Positions 38,976-50,134 of a stretch of 64,000 nt of DNA are shown piece after piece (within the stretch, counting starts at the first letter, position 1; the number at the start of each line of letters is the position of its first letter). Both the position numbers and the translations under genes were made by a program. Under the pieces are notes generated by a model that was not told the DNA's origin, did not search any database, and saw only the letters and a list, made by a program, of their open reading frames with translations. The stretch comes from an uncultured Verrucomicrobiae bacterium (GTDB taxonomy: Bacteria; Verrucomicrobiota; Verrucomicrobiia; Chthoniobacterales; JAFAMB01): NCBI GenBank assembly GCA_963762565.1, contig CAVXLD010000007.1:544001-608000 (forward strand). The letters run 5' to 3'.

Positions 38976-39677
38976 ATGGCCGCGCAACCGCCAGACGAAC
39001 CGTTTCCCGATTCCGAGAATGCGCTTGCAGACTTGCTCAGGCAGTTACCCGCAACCAGCCGTCGCACCTTTCTGAAAAGGCTTGCATCTGCCGGGTTTGC
39101 GGTGGCTTTACCAGCAGAAGTTCTGGGTGAAACGACCGCAGAACCTCCAAAACCCTCTCCTTCGAGTTCTCCAGCCGCTAACGTTCCCGCGACGTTGCAG
39201 ATAAACGGCAAGTCTTATCCCATCGATGTCGAAGCTCGAACCACACTGCTTGATTTCTTGCGCGAATCTCTGGGCCTAACAGGTAGCAAAAAAGGCTGTG
39301 ACCATGGGCAATGCGGGGCGTGCACCGTGCTGGTTAACGGACGGAGGATCAACTCTTGTCTCACGCTGGCCGTGATGCACGAGGGAGATCTGATCACCAC
39401 AGTGGAAGGTCTCGCTCAGGACGGTCAGCTCAGCCGCTTGCAGGACGCATTTATCCGGCACGACGCTTTCCAATGTGGTTTTTGTACCGCGGGGCAGCTC
39501 TGTTCGGCCGCAGCCTGTGTAAACGAAGGACATGCCACCAATGAAAGCGAAATTCGAGAATGGATGAGTGGCAATCTTTGCCGGTGTGGCGCTTATCCAA
39601 ACATCGTGGCAGCCATTTTAGAGCTGCGCCAACAGACCCCGGTGGCTGGCGGGACGACTATGGCAAATGACAAATGA
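38976..39677 (+). CDS. paoA: Aldehyde oxidoreductase 2Fe-2S subunit with Tat signal (PaoA/YagT-like)
   Basis: [34 protein letters not shown]. Confidence 0.88.
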   Translation: MAAQPPDEPFPDSENALADLLRQLPATSRRTFLKRLASAGFAVALPAEVLGETTAEPPKPSPSSSPAANVPATLQINGKSYPIDVEARTTLLDFLRESLGLTGSKKGCDHGQCGACTVLVNGRRINSCLTLAVMHEGDLITTVEGLAQDGQLSRLQDAFIRHDAFQCGFCTAGQLCSAAACVNEGHATNESEIREWMSGNLCRCGAYPNIVAAILELRQQTPVAGGTTMANDK

Positions 39678-39792
39678 CAAATAACAAATGCAAACAGGAG
39701 ACAATGAACATGAAAAGCATGAGGCACCGGGGATATTCTTTGTCATCTGTCATCTGTCATCTGTCATGCCGAGCCTCTGGCGAGGCTGAGCT

Positions 39793-40785
39793 ATGAACAA
39801 CTTCGCTTACGTCCGGGCAAACGATATCGATTCCGCGCTAACTCTGATCCGGACCCGACCCAAGCCTCGATTTCTAGCCGGAGGCACCAATCTTCTCGAT
39901 CTATGGAAAATGGGGGTCGAACAGCCACAAACGGTAATTGATATCACTCGGCTGGGCCTTGCTGACATTGCTGCTCGTCCGGACGGCACTGGGTTAAGAA
40001 TTGGAGCCCTCGCGCGAAACTCAGATGTAGCGGAGCATCCGCTGGTTTTAAGCCAATATCCGGTTTTGAGTCGGGCGCTTTTGGCCGGCGCCAGCCCGCA
40101 GTTGCGCAACGCAGCTACGGTCGGTGGTAATTTGATGCAGCGAACACGTTGCCCTTACTTCTATGATCCCGCTTTTCCTTCCTGCAATAAGCGAAAGCCG
40201 GGCTCGGGGTGCGGTGCACTCAATGGTTACAACCGGATGCACGCGATTCTGGGACAAAGCGATGAGTGTATTGCCACCAACCCAAGCGATATGTGTGTCG
40301 CGTTAGCCGTCCTGGATGCCCAAGTCCGGGTGATAGGTCCTGATGGTGAGCGCGTAATCGCGATCGGTGACTTTCATCGTTTGCCTGGCGATCGTCCGGA
40401 GTTGGACACCACGCTTCAGGCCAACGAGTTAATTACCGCGGTGGATCTACCACCCTTGGCAGATACCAAACATAGCCTCTACCTGAAGGTGCGCGACAGG
40501 TCTCTTTATGCTTTCGCACTGGTTAGCGCTGCGGTGGCCTTAACGTTTGAGAATGGATTGATCAATACTGCGCGAATCGCATTGGGTGGGGTCGCGCCCA
40601 AACCTTGGCGGGTACCGGAGGCAGAAGCCATGATCCAAGGGGTCGGCCCGGATCGTGGGGCCTTCGAGCGGGTTGCCGATCGGCTACTGCAGGGCGCGCA
40701 CGCCTACCGGTACAATCAATATAAGCTTACCCTGGCGCGGAAAGTCGCGGTGCGCGCACTGTCCGCGGCGGCAGCCTCGACCTAG
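39793..40785 (+). CDS. paoB: Aldehyde oxidoreductase FAD-binding subunit (PaoB/YagS-like)
   Basis: AGGTNLLDL, GASPQLRNAATVGGNL, cysteine cluster RCPYF...CNKR.PGSGC...CIA. Confidence 0.9.
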   Translation: MNNFAYVRANDIDSALTLIRTRPKPRFLAGGTNLLDLWKMGVEQPQTVIDITRLGLADIAARPDGTGLRIGALARNSDVAEHPLVLSQYPVLSRALLAGASPQLRNAATVGGNLMQRTRCPYFYDPAFPSCNKRKPGSGCGALNGYNRMHAILGQSDECIATNPSDMCVALAVLDAQVRVIGPDGERVIAIGDFHRLPGDRPELDTTLQANELITAVDLPPLADTKHSLYLKVRDRSLYAFALVSAAVALTFENGLINTARIALGGVAPKPWRVPEAEAMIQGVGPDRGAFERVADRLLQGAHAYRYNQYKLTLARKVAVRALSAAAAST

Positions 40786-40804
40786 TTATGGCCTCGACCT
40801 AGTT

Positions 40805-43045
40805 ATGGCACAGAGTCCCTCAGTCTTAGGAACTCCACATCAACGCGTTGACGGCAGGCTAAAAGTCACGGGTACAGCGGTCTACGCTGCCGACTTCAAA
40901 CTCGATCGCACTGCTTGGGCGTGCTTGATCCAAAGCACGATCGCCAGTGGCGCCGTTATCGAGATCGATCAAAGTGAAGCTGAGCGGGCGCCGGGTGTGA
41001 TCGCGATTTTGACTCGCCGGAACGCGCCCAAGTGGCATGCGTTCCCTGAAGAACTTACGGCCAATGGAACACCAGGCGAAAGCCGGCTCCCGTTTCAAGA
41101 CGACCACGTCTATTACCAAGGCCAGCACCTGGGAGCGGTTGTTGCCGAGACCTTTGAGCAGGCGCGTGAAGCTGCCGCTCTCGTCCGGATCCGATACGAG
41201 CCAGGCGAATTGCGCACGGATCTTTTGGCTCTAGCAGACCAGGCAAGCGAACCCCACATGTTCGGTGGCAGGGTAAAGCTGCAAGATAAACGCGGAGATG
41301 TGGATTGGGTCTGGGCGAATATGCCGCAGAACCGTCTGGTCAACGAGACCTACTCAACTCCGATCGAAAACCATAACCCAATCGAGCCCGGTGCAGCCTT
41401 GGCTGTTTGGGATGGTACTGACCATTTAACACTGCATCTCTCAACTCGCGGAGTTGACCTCACGCAAACGGTTGTGGCGAGTGCTTTTGGTTTACCAATC
41501 GAAAACGTGAGGATCATCTGCCCGTTTATAGGAGGCGCCTTTGGGTCGAAAGCGTTTACCTGGAGTTATTTTCTGGTTGCTGCTGCTGCCGCCCAGGTTG
41601 CCAACCGGCCAGTTCGTCTGGTACTAAGCCGCCCCCAAATGTTCGATTCCATGGGGCAGCGGGCGCGGACCGTTCAAACCATTGGTTTGGCTGCCGATGA
41701 AAATGGCAAGCTGGCGGCGCTCAAGCATTCCACCTTGACGCATTCGTCCATGGTTTATCAGTACACCGAGCCGTGTGGGGAGTTGACCCGGTTGATGTAC
41801 TCCTGTCCAAACATTCAGATCAGCCACCGCTTGGTCCAACTCGATTTCACCACGCCGTGCCCGATGCGTGCACCCGGGCAAGCGCCCGGTTTTTTCGCAC
41901 TCGAATCGGCAATGGACGAATTGGCAGTGAAACTGAACATTGATCCGGTCGAACTGCGGATGCGCAACTACGCGGAGAAAGACGAGTTCGATCAGCGGGC
42001 CTGGTCCAGCAAGCATCTCAAGGAATGCTATGACCGAGGTGCGACCAAATTCGGTTGGTCGTCTCGCAATCCGAAACCGGGTTCGACGCGAGATCCCGAT
42101 GGCAAGTTAGTAGGCTGGGGGATGGCAACCGCTATTTACCCGGCAAATCAGCGGCCGGCAGCCGCTAAGGCGATTCTTTCGAATGACGGATCTATCGTGG
42201 TGCGAAGCGCGACGCACGAGTCGGGCACCGGGACTTATACGGTAATGACCCAATTCGTCGCCGACACTCTTGGAGTCCCCATGGAGCGGGTCAGCTTTGA
42301 GCTTGGTGATACTGATTTTCCACCAGCGCCGGTAAACGGCGGATCTTGGCTAACTGCCAGCGTCGCGCCCGCCGTGGTCGCGGCTTGTAACGCCCTCCGA
42401 GATAAGCTGATTTCTTTGGCGGTCGACGGTCCTTCTGCTCCGCTGACCGGTCAGGCCAGGGCCGATATCGTTATTGCAGATGGCCGCGTTAGCAGCACTA
42501 AAGACACATCAAAATCGCTGTCGTTTTCCGATCTACTCACCAAGACCGGTAACCAAACCTTGGAGGCAGACGGTAGCGCGAAACCCGGCGATGCCTATCA
42601 GAAGCTGTCCTTTTTTTCCTTCGGCGCCACTTTTGTAGAAGTCAAAGTCGACCCTGATCTTGGCGAGGTTCGCGTAAGCCGGGTTGTTGGTGCCTATGAT
42701 GTAGGCAAAATCCTGAACCCGCTGTTAGCTAGGAGCCAGCTCCTCGGCGGAATTAGTTTCGGCATCGGAATGGCCTTGATGGAGGGAACAATCCCGGATA
42801 TGTCCACCGGCCGGATGGTCAACGCGAATCTAGCTGAATACCATGTCCCGGTCTTTACCGACATTCCCACAGACTTTGTAGTCGACTTTCTCGATATACC
42901 GGACCCGAACATGGCAGATAACGGCGCCCGCGGCTTGGGCGAAATCGGCATCGTCGGTGTTCCGGCCGCGATCGCGAACGCAGTTTATCATGCAACTGGG
43001 AAACGCATTCGTGACCTGCCAATCACGCCGGACAAGCTGGTCTGA
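40805..43045 (+). CDS. paoC: Aldehyde oxidoreductase molybdopterin-binding subunit (PaoC/YagR-like)
   Basis: RVDGRLKVTG, GGAFGSK, MRAPG, GLGEIG, RIRDLPITPDKL. Confidence 0.9.
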   Translation: MAQSPSVLGTPHQRVDGRLKVTGTAVYAADFKLDRTAWACLIQSTIASGAVIEIDQSEAERAPGVIAILTRRNAPKWHAFPEELTANGTPGESRLPFQDDHVYYQGQHLGAVVAETFEQAREAAALVRIRYEPGELRTDLLALADQASEPHMFGGRVKLQDKRGDVDWVWANMPQNRLVNETYSTPIENHNPIEPGAALAVWDGTDHLTLHLSTRGVDLTQTVVASAFGLPIENVRIICPFIGGAFGSKAFTWSYFLVAAAAAQVANRPVRLVLSRPQMFDSMGQRARTVQTIGLAADENGKLAALKHSTLTHSSMVYQYTEPCGELTRLMYSCPNIQISHRLVQLDFTTPCPMRAPGQAPGFFALESAMDELAVKLNIDPVELRMRNYAEKDEFDQRAWSSKHLKECYDRGATKFGWSSRNPKPGSTRDPDGKLVGWGMATAIYPANQRPAAAKAILSNDGSIVVRSATHESGTGTYTVMTQFVADTLGVPMERVSFELGDTDFPPAPVNGGSWLTASVAPAVVAACNALRDKLISLAVDGPSAPLTGQARADIVIADGRVSSTKDTSKSLSFSDLLTKTGNQTLEADGSAKPGDAYQKLSFFSFGATFVEVKVDPDLGEVRVSRVVGAYDVGKILNPLLARSQLLGGISFGIGMALMEGTIPDMSTGRMVNANLAEYHVPVFTDIPTDFVVDFLDIPDPNMADNGARGLGEIGIVGVPAAIANAVYHATGKRIRDLPITPDKLV

Positions 43046-43065
43046 GGCCGTCAGGGACGGGCGCC

Positions 43066-43347
43066 CCGGAGGGGAGCCGCTTTGGTGCGCGCGCAAGGAA
43101 CCTCGCACATTCCTTCTAGCGCGAGGAGAGGCCAAACTGTGGGTTAAACAGGCGGCTCCCGCGAATTACCCAGTGCCTGTTCTACCCATTCGTTCTGTTT
43201 GGGCGTTTGATGCGCACGGGCCTGATAGAACGAACTGAACGTTGGGTCATTCCCGGGAGCCGCCTGTTATCCAAGCTTTCCGGTCTTGCCAACGATTGAC
43301 CAATGCTGCGAGTTCGTTAAGCACACGCCAAAGCGGCTCCCCTCCAG
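43066..43347. repeat. Four-box palindromic element (family A, long type)
   Basis: All four GGGAGCCGC boxes present, outer spacers 62 and 60 nt. Confidence 0.88.
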
Positions 43348-43428
43348 ATTTGCTATCTGCTATTATTTCGTGCCGACCACGAAATCTGGCTTGCTCTATT
43401 TGCTCCAGGCGGGACAATGGCGGCCCAT

Positions 43429-43902
43429 ATGAGGAGTCTGTTCTGTTTGGCAGCAATTGCCATGGCTGGCTGTTCTTTCGATCCGTTGGGCGCACACGAC
43501 CCGTTGAGTGGACACGATCCGTTAAACGGACACCTGGTTGACCAGGGCACCCGAACGGCTGAGCAAACCAATTACCCCCCTGAAACGTTAAGAGAACAGA
43601 CCTTTGTCCAATCTAATCCGATTTCTTATCAAGAGAAACGCGACGGTACGTCCGACGACATTCATACCGCATCGAAGCTTGGCGCCAAATTAGCCCGCGA
43701 AACGGGAACGAACGGCCTAATCGCGGTGCCGGTGAATGCGGCCCAAGGAAGTACGACGTTTGCTGAGGTCATGGTTTACGATACCGCCCGGCATAGCTTG
43801 GTGAACAACACCGTCTATCGATTTAGCTACACGCCACCGGCGGGTCAGACGCTGCAGTTGGACGGCATTACTGCGGTGTTCCAGACGCGGGGCGGCGAAT
43901 AA
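43429..43902 (+). CDS. Hypothetical lipoprotein
   Basis: MRSLFCLAAIAMAG-C lipobox, then three DPLx(G/A)H-like repeats. Alternative start 43417. Confidence 0.75.
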   Translation: MRSLFCLAAIAMAGCSFDPLGAHDPLSGHDPLNGHLVDQGTRTAEQTNYPPETLREQTFVQSNPISYQEKRDGTSDDIHTASKLGAKLARETGTNGLIAVPVNAAQGSTTFAEVMVYDTARHSLVNNTVYRFSYTPPAGQTLQLDGITAVFQTRGGE

Positions 43903-43908
43903 GGAGAC

Positions 43909-43987
43909 GTGATTGGTGACTAGTGATTAGTGACTGGTGGCAAACGGCGCCGTCTTTCACCAATCACCACTCACTAATCACCAATCA
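43909..43987. repeat. Heptamer tandem inverted repeat (GTGATTG/GTGACTA vs CAATCAC)
   Basis: Arms lie between convergent genes. Confidence 0.8.
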
Positions 43988-43997
43988 TCTGGCCTTC

Positions 43998-44831
43998 CTA
44001 CTCCAACTCTTCCGCCACCCGGTGCTCGATTTCGCCGGCCTGTCCCGGGTCGCGCTTAGAGATCAAGTCCAGCTCGACTGCTAATTCATCCAACTCCTCG
44101 CCGCCTGCCATCATCTGAAGTAAGTTTTCGCGATGGGTCTGTTCTCGTTTGAACGTCCCGTAGCTTCGGCCCCGATTCAGAACCGTGAAAGTGTCACCTA
44201 CGGCCCACGCGTGATGGACGTTGTGGGTGATGAAAATCACGCCGATCCCTTTTAGCTTGGATTGGACGATATACTTGAGTACGACCGCGGCCTCCTTGAC
44301 CCCGAGCGCCGATGTTGGTTCGTCCAAGATCAATACTTTCGCCCCGAAATAAACCGCTCGCGCAATCGCTACCGCTTGGCGTTCGCCCCCGGAAAGTGTC
44401 CCTACCGGTTGATCGGCATCCCGGATCTTGATTCCAATCTTTCGTAACTCTTCTTCCGTGATCTTGGCGGCGTATTTCGAATCAAATAGCTGAACCGGAC
44501 CGAGTCGTTTTTTTGGCTCACGACCAAGGAAAAAGTTTCGGGTAATACTCATCAGCGACAACATCGCCAAATCTTGGAACACAGTTGCGATGCCCATATC
44601 CAAAGCTTGGCGGGGTGAATCGAGGTGGACAGGTTTCCCTTCGAAAAAAAACTCTCCCCGGCTCGGGCCATGTACTCCCGAAAGAATCTTGATCAGGGTT
44701 GACTTACCCGCGCCGTTATCACCGAGCAAGCAATGGACTTCCCCAGGACAAAGCTGGAATGAGATGTCCTCAAGCGCATTAACTTTGCCGAAGTGCTTCG
44801 AAATTCCTTCGAGCTTAATGATCGGGTCCAT
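43998..44831 (-). CDS. Sugar ABC transporter ATP-binding protein (single domain)
   Basis: [22 protein letters not shown]. Confidence 0.95.
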   Translation of the reverse strand: MDPIIKLEGISKHFGKVNALEDISFQLCPGEVHCLLGDNGAGKSTLIKILSGVHGPSRGEFFFEGKPVHLDSPRQALDMGIATVFQDLAMLSLMSITRNFFLGREPKKRLGPVQLFDSKYAAKITEEELRKIGIKIRDADQPVGTLSGGERQAVAIARAVYFGAKVLILDEPTSALGVKEAAVVLKYIVQSKLKGIGVIFITHNVHHAWAVGDTFTVLNRGRSYGTFKREQTHRENLLQMMAGGEELDELAVELDLISKRDPGQAGEIEHRVAEELE

Positions 44832-44847
44832 ATAGATCTCGATGAAG

Positions 44848-45831
44848 TTAGCGGCTGCGCAATGCGCGGTGTCGCAAATAATTGTTTAAAAGAACTGCGG
44901 CTAGCAGCATACCGCCCAGTACCGCCCGGAACCAGTCCGTGCTGATATTAGTAAAAACAATGCCTTCCTGGACCATCCCGAGAATCCAGGCGCCGATAGC
45001 GGCCCCATAAACAGACCCGTAACCACCGCTCAATAGACAGCCGCCGATCACCGCGGAGGCAATGGCTTCTAGCTCCTTTTGTTCGCCCCGCAGCACATCC
45101 GCCGAGCCTGTATCGAGCACCTGAATAACCGCGAGTAGGGTAGCCGATACCGCGGTTAGCATGAATAAGCTGATCTTCACCCGGGCAACGGGAACGCCAA
45201 CATTGCGTGCGGCCAAGGGATCTCCGCCGGAGGCAAAAACCCAGTTCCCAAACGGCGTCCGGAACAACATCCAACCCAGGATTAGGCTGAGGCCGATCCA
45301 CCACCAGATTGAAATCGTTATGCCCAGGGGCCTTCCTAAGAAAAGCGGGGCCAGGAAATCGCCCTCGGTGTAGGCGCCCAGGCCTGAAGCTCGAGTGACA
45401 TTGGTAATTAGAAGTGTGAATCCAATGGTAAGTCCTCGCAGCAAGAACATGGAAGCCAACGTGATGATGAAGGAAGGCAGTCTGGTGGCAACCACTAACC
45501 AGCCGTTTATATAGCCGACTACCAGCGAAAATAAAAACGCGACAATAATTGACAACCAAAGCGGCCAGTTAAACTGGGTAACGGCCAAGGCGATGATCAT
45601 GCCGGCAGCGCCGATCATTGAGCCGACCGATAGGTCGAACTCGCCAGCAATCATGAGTAGTGAAACTGAGACTGCCAGAATACCAACCTGAGCCGCTACC
45701 TCGAGGACGTTAGTTTGCGCGCTGATCGTTAGGAACCCTTCACCGGCTACGGCCGCAAAAAAGACAAAAATCCCCACGGCCGCGATGAAGGCGCCGAACT
45801 CGGGACGCGTGAGCAATTTCTTGAAGTTCAA
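44848..45831 (-). CDS. Sugar ABC transporter permease
   Basis: [29 protein letters not shown]. Confidence 0.93.
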   Translation of the reverse strand: MNFKKLLTRPEFGAFIAAVGIFVFFAAVAGEGFLTISAQTNVLEVAAQVGILAVSVSLLMIAGEFDLSVGSMIGAAGMIIALAVTQFNWPLWLSIIVAFLFSLVVGYINGWLVVATRLPSFIITLASMFLLRGLTIGFTLLITNVTRASGLGAYTEGDFLAPLFLGRPLGITISIWWWIGLSLILGWMLFRTPFGNWVFASGGDPLAARNVGVPVARVKISLFMLTAVSATLLAVIQVLDTGSADVLRGEQKELEAIASAVIGGCLLSGGYGSVYGAAIGAWILGMVQEGIVFTNISTDWFRAVLGGMLLAAVLLNNYLRHRALRSR

Positions 45832-45892
45832 GGGTCCTCTCCAAGGGTTGCCGGGGCCGGCCTGCTAACGCGATCCAACCCCGGCAGGTTAA

Positions 45893-46840
45893 CTAACGAA
45901 TCCCTTTCTTAGATAAGCTGATTACTTGGGCCGCGTTTTCTGGGGTAACAAAACCGGGGCCGGTCAAAATTGTGTCGTTAGCGGGCAACAATCCGTACTC
46001 GATATAATTGTCCATGACGATCACCGGCAGATATCCCTGCAGGAACTGTTGCTGGTCGATGGCGAAGTCCATTTGTTTTTTCGCGAGCGCCTGCAGAACG
46101 GTCGGTGATAAATCAAAGGTGCCGAACTTTACTTTTCCAGTCAGACCAGCGTTTTGGAGTGCCTGAAGCGCAGGTTCAGCACCGGCTGGTCCAAGCGCGA
46201 GGATGCCTTGAACATCTGGATTCTTCTGCAAATAGGCAGCCACTGCGTCCCGGGATTGGGTAAAATCCATGGTCACAGCCAGAACCTCGGCCGGTGTGCC
46301 TAACCCCTCGGAAAATCCTTTTGCCCGGAGATCAAGGGCCACGTTGCCGACCTCTTGGTTAATCACGACTGCCTTTTTTACCCCTTCTGCAGCCATCCGT
46401 TCACCAGCCCCTTTGCCCGCTATTTCCTCTTCCTGTCCAATGTGCATCAGACATCCCAGCTTCTTTGAAACATCTGACCCCGAGTTAATCGAGATGACGG
46501 GGATCTTAGCGGCAACGGCTGCCTTGATCGATTTACCTAGCGCGTCCGCGTCGGGAATCGAAACGATAAGGCCATCCGGCTTAGTCGCGACCGCAGCGTC
46601 GATCAATTGTGACAAGGCTACCATATCGAACTTCTCGGGCGCGCGATATTCCACATTGGCGCCGGTCTGTTTCGCGGCCAATTGAACGCCGTTCTTTACC
46701 ACGACCCAAAACGAGTCGGACACTTGGCCGTGGGTGACCACGATAATGTGCGGCTTCTTTTGGGCGATTGCCGGTATAGGAACCGCGAGGGTGGCGAGGG
46801 CAAATGCTGCGGCGATGCGCAGACTGGTCAGTTTTGACAT
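45893..46840 (-). CDS. Sugar/polyol ABC transporter substrate-binding protein
   Basis: Signal peptide, VTHGQVSDSFW, AIDQQQFLQGY. Confidence 0.92.
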   Translation of the reverse strand: MSKLTSLRIAAAFALATLAVPIPAIAQKKPHIIVVTHGQVSDSFWVVVKNGVQLAAKQTGANVEYRAPEKFDMVALSQLIDAAVATKPDGLIVSIPDADALGKSIKAAVAAKIPVISINSGSDVSKKLGCLMHIGQEEEIAGKGAGERMAAEGVKKAVVINQEVGNVALDLRAKGFSEGLGTPAEVLAVTMDFTQSRDAVAAYLQKNPDVQGILALGPAGAEPALQALQNAGLTGKVKFGTFDLSPTVLQALAKKQMDFAIDQQQFLQGYLPVIVMDNYIEYGLLPANDTILTGPGFVTPENAAQVISLSKKGIR

Positions 46841-46894
46841 AACGGGATGGGGGACTAATGGGGGTTTTTGTTGGGAGAGCAGGGCGACGAAAGC

Positions 46895-47710
46895 TTATAC
46901 GGCTTCCGCCACGGCAGCGTCCGCCCGAGTCCCGGTGTCGACCGGAACCAGCTCGTACGCCACCCCCCGCTTGGTAAAACCGTCAATAAAATGCTGGGGA
47001 GTATTCGAGTCGGTAATGATCAGTGAAACTTCTTCCAATCGAGCATACGTCGCGAGACAGGCATGCCCGAACTTAGACGAATCTGTGAGAACATAGGTTT
47101 CGTCGGCCGAACGGATCATTGCCCGTTTGACCTCCGCATCCAGCGGATTCGGGGTGCTGTGGCCGTGGGTAAGGGTGGTGCCGGAAGTGCCGAGGAAAGC
47201 CCGATCCGCGTGAAAGTTCTCCAAGGTCCCAACAGCAACCGGACCAATAAGAGTCAAGCTGTGATTCCGAACCTGACCTCCTACCAGCAGCAATTCATAA
47301 CCTGCGCGCGCGAGTTCCAAAGAAGCCGGAACGGAGTTGGTGATTACAAATAAGGATCTGAACCGTCCTACTAAAGCCGCGGCCAACGATAGCGTGGTCG
47401 TGCCGCCATCCAGAATAATCGTGTCTCCTTCGTGGATGCGCTCAATCGCAGCGCGGGCGATCCCTTCTTTCTGAGTGGCCTTTAGTTGAACTCTCTCAAT
47501 AAAGGAGATATTGAATCGGCTCCGATGGGAGAACACAGCCCCTCCGTAGGTCCGCTGCAACAGGCCTTGTTCTTCAAGTTCGGCAAGATCTTTGCGAATG
47601 GTGACCTGGCTAACCGCAAATCGCTCCGCCAGGTTCTCCACCTTCACATTGCCTTCGTGCTCGAGGAGACGAAGGATCTGGTGCCTTCGATCTTCGGCAG
47701 TCGCAAACAA
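46895..47710 (-). CDS. DeoR/GlpR-family transcriptional regulator
   Basis: VSQVTIRKDL, RTYGGA, LDGGTT, DSSKFG. Confidence 0.94.
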   Translation of the reverse strand: MFATAEDRRHQILRLLEHEGNVKVENLAERFAVSQVTIRKDLAELEEQGLLQRTYGGAVFSHRSRFNISFIERVQLKATQKEGIARAAIERIHEGDTIILDGGTTTLSLAAALVGRFRSLFVITNSVPASLELARAGYELLLVGGQVRNHSLTLIGPVAVGTLENFHADRAFLGTSGTTLTHGHSTPNPLDAEVKRAMIRSADETYVLTDSSKFGHACLATYARLEEVSLIITDSNTPQHFIDGFTKRGVAYELVPVDTGTRADAAVAEAV

Positions 47711-47739
47711 GGATGGATCGGGTTCCGGTTTCAGAATGC

Positions 47740-47763
47740 TTTCGATGTGATATCACATTGAAA
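47740..47763. promoter_or_regulatory. Palindromic operator candidate upstream of the DeoR operon
   Basis: TTTCGATGTGAT|ATCACATTGAAA (11/12 symmetric). Confidence 0.55.
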
Positions 47764-47952
47764 CCAAACCGGCTCCACTTTTCAAACAGAATTTTTCGAA
47801 TACAACCAGTCGTCGTCGTCTTTTGGTGGGGCGTACCGACTGCTTCGCTCAAACGGTGGGATCATTTGGGAGCCTCGCCCCACCAAAGGACGACGCCTAT
47901 ACGCTCACACACCAGATTGCTTTTCCCGCTCACCCGTGCATCCTTCACGTCC

Positions 47953-50115
47953 ATGAGACGATTGTTCCCTCTTGGGCTCGCTTGCTCAGCCTTTTTTTTC
48001 CCTTTAGCCAGTGAAGCCGCTGCTCCCTCCTTAGAAGCTGCACCGCCTACGGCTAAACAACCGGTTACAGATGTTTTCGGCGGTGTCTCGGTAAAAGACG
48101 ATTATCGCTGGTTGGAGCAGTTGACTGATCCGAAAGTCAAGGTATGGGCGGAAAAACAAAACGAGCGGGCCCAAAAGTTCCTGAACGCACTCCCGGATCG
48201 CGCTCAACTAGCTGCGCAAATAAAGAAGTTAATCACCTCCACGCCGCCGAGCATCTCAGGAGCCGAGGTAGTCGCGAATAAGATCTTTGCGTTTAAATCT
48301 GACCCCGCTAAACAACAGGCATTTGTAGTGGTAGTGAATTCACCGGACGACCCGGCCAGCGAGAAACCCGTTTGTGATCCGAATTCGATTGATCCTTCCG
48401 GTGCGACGGCAATCGATTGGTTTGTTCCATCACCGGACGGCAAAACCGTCGCCGTATCGCTATCCAAGAACGGGACTGAAGACGGCGATCTATGCTTCTT
48501 CGAGGTCGAGACTGGGAAACAGCTTCCGGATGTGATCAAGCATGTGCAATTTCCGACTGGGGGCGGGAGCGCGGCTTGGACCAAGGACAGTACAGCGGTC
48601 TTTTATACCCGGTATCCAAGAGAAGGTGAACGGCCGGCCGAAGACTTGCATTTTTATATGCAAGTTTATTTCCATAAACTTGGGTCGCCGGAATCGGAGG
48701 ACACCTATTCTATCGGGAAAGAGTTCCCGAAGATCGGGGAGGTTGTGCTCCAGTCGAACGCTAGTTCCGACTACGTTGTTGCAACCGTGGGGAACGGTGA
48801 TGGCGGGGACTATGCCCACTTTGTCTATGGGCCGGATAAAACCTGGCGCCAGATTACTAAATTCGAGGACCAGATCAAAACTGGGGTGCTTGGGTTCGGT
48901 CCGACCTTTTACGCAATTTCACTGCAAGATGCGCCCCACGGAAAAGTGGTGAAATTTGCTCTGGATACTCCTGATGCTAAGCCTGAAGTGGTTGTCCCGA
49001 CGGGCGAACCAGTCATCGAAAATATCGCGGTGACCACGGACCGGTTGGTTGTGTCGACCATGGAAGGTGGACCTTCCGGCCTCTATTCGTACAACCTTGA
49101 TGGGTCGGACCAGAAAACCGTGGCGCTCCCGCCCATCTCGAGTGTTCCGCAATTAGCGGCCGGCGAGAATCTCGTTCTAGTTCAAATCGGGAGTTATACC
49201 CAGCTCTCCAAGTGGTTCCAGTACAGCTCGGGAACCAACCAACTCGATCCCACCAAGCTTAGTTCTGAAGCGCCGGTTAATTTTGCTGATCTGGAAGTCA
49301 CCAGAGATTTCGCTGTCTCGAAGGATGGGACTAAGATTCCTCTGAATATTGTGCATAAGAAAGGGATTGCGCTGGACGGCAGCCATCCGACCATCCTTTA
49401 CGGGTACGGTGGGTTTGGAGTCAGCGAAGTCCCGAGGGCTCGACTAACTTACCGGGCTTGGTATGACCTCGGTGGAATTTTTGTGGACACGAATATCCGT
49501 GGAGGAGGTGAATATGGCGAAGAATGGCACAAGGGTGGTAACCTCACTAACAAACAGAACTGCTTCGACGATTTTGCCGCCTGCGCCCAATATTTACTCG
49601 ATCATAAGTACACTTCGCCCGCCAAGCTGGGTATGCTTGGTGGCAGTAACGGTGGGCTCTTAATGGGAGCGATGATTACCCAACACCCGAGCATGATGCG
49701 AGCCGTGGTATCGGCGGTCGGGATCTACGATTGCTTGCGGACGGAGTTTTGGCCCAACGGCGTGTTTAACACCACTGAGTACGGCAGTGTAAAAGATCCA
49801 GTTCAGCTGAAAGCGCTGCTGGCTTACTCGCCTTATCAACATGTAGTCGATGGGACAAAATATCCGGCTATTCTAATGAGCGAGGGGCTCAATGACGGGC
49901 GGGTAGCTCCGTATAATTCTCTTAAGTTCACGGCCCGGTTGCAAGCCGCCGCTGCGCCCGGGAACCCGATCCTGCTCCGGATCAACTCATTTGGCCATGG
50001 CATCGGGAGTTCTCTGGATCAACAAGTTGCTGACCAGACCGATGTCTTCTCTTTCTTTACCTACGAACTCGGCGCCGAGCCCGGAGTACAGAAGGTAGCG
50101 GATAAGAAGAGGTGA
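47953..50115 (+). CDS. Prolyl oligopeptidase (S9A), secreted
   Basis: Signal peptide, DDYRWLE, YGYGGF, RGGGEYG, GGSNGG nucleophile, GHG. Confidence 0.95.
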   Translation: MRRLFPLGLACSAFFFPLASEAAAPSLEAAPPTAKQPVTDVFGGVSVKDDYRWLEQLTDPKVKVWAEKQNERAQKFLNALPDRAQLAAQIKKLITSTPPSISGAEVVANKIFAFKSDPAKQQAFVVVVNSPDDPASEKPVCDPNSIDPSGATAIDWFVPSPDGKTVAVSLSKNGTEDGDLCFFEVETGKQLPDVIKHVQFPTGGGSAAWTKDSTAVFYTRYPREGERPAEDLHFYMQVYFHKLGSPESEDTYSIGKEFPKIGEVVLQSNASSDYVVATVGNGDGGDYAHFVYGPDKTWRQITKFEDQIKTGVLGFGPTFYAISLQDAPHGKVVKFALDTPDAKPEVVVPTGEPVIENIAVTTDRLVVSTMEGGPSGLYSYNLDGSDQKTVALPPISSVPQLAAGENLVLVQIGSYTQLSKWFQYSSGTNQLDPTKLSSEAPVNFADLEVTRDFAVSKDGTKIPLNIVHKKGIALDGSHPTILYGYGGFGVSEVPRARLTYRAWYDLGGIFVDTNIRGGGEYGEEWHKGGNLTNKQNCFDDFAACAQYLLDHKYTSPAKLGMLGGSNGGLLMGAMITQHPSMMRAVVSAVGIYDCLRTEFWPNGVFNTTEYGSVKDPVQLKALLAYSPYQHVVDGTKYPAILMSEGLNDGRVAPYNSLKFTARLQAAAAPGNPILLRINSFGHGIGSSLDQQVADQTDVFSFFTYELGAEPGVQKVADKKR

Positions 50116-50134
50116 TTGGTGATTCGTGATTGGT

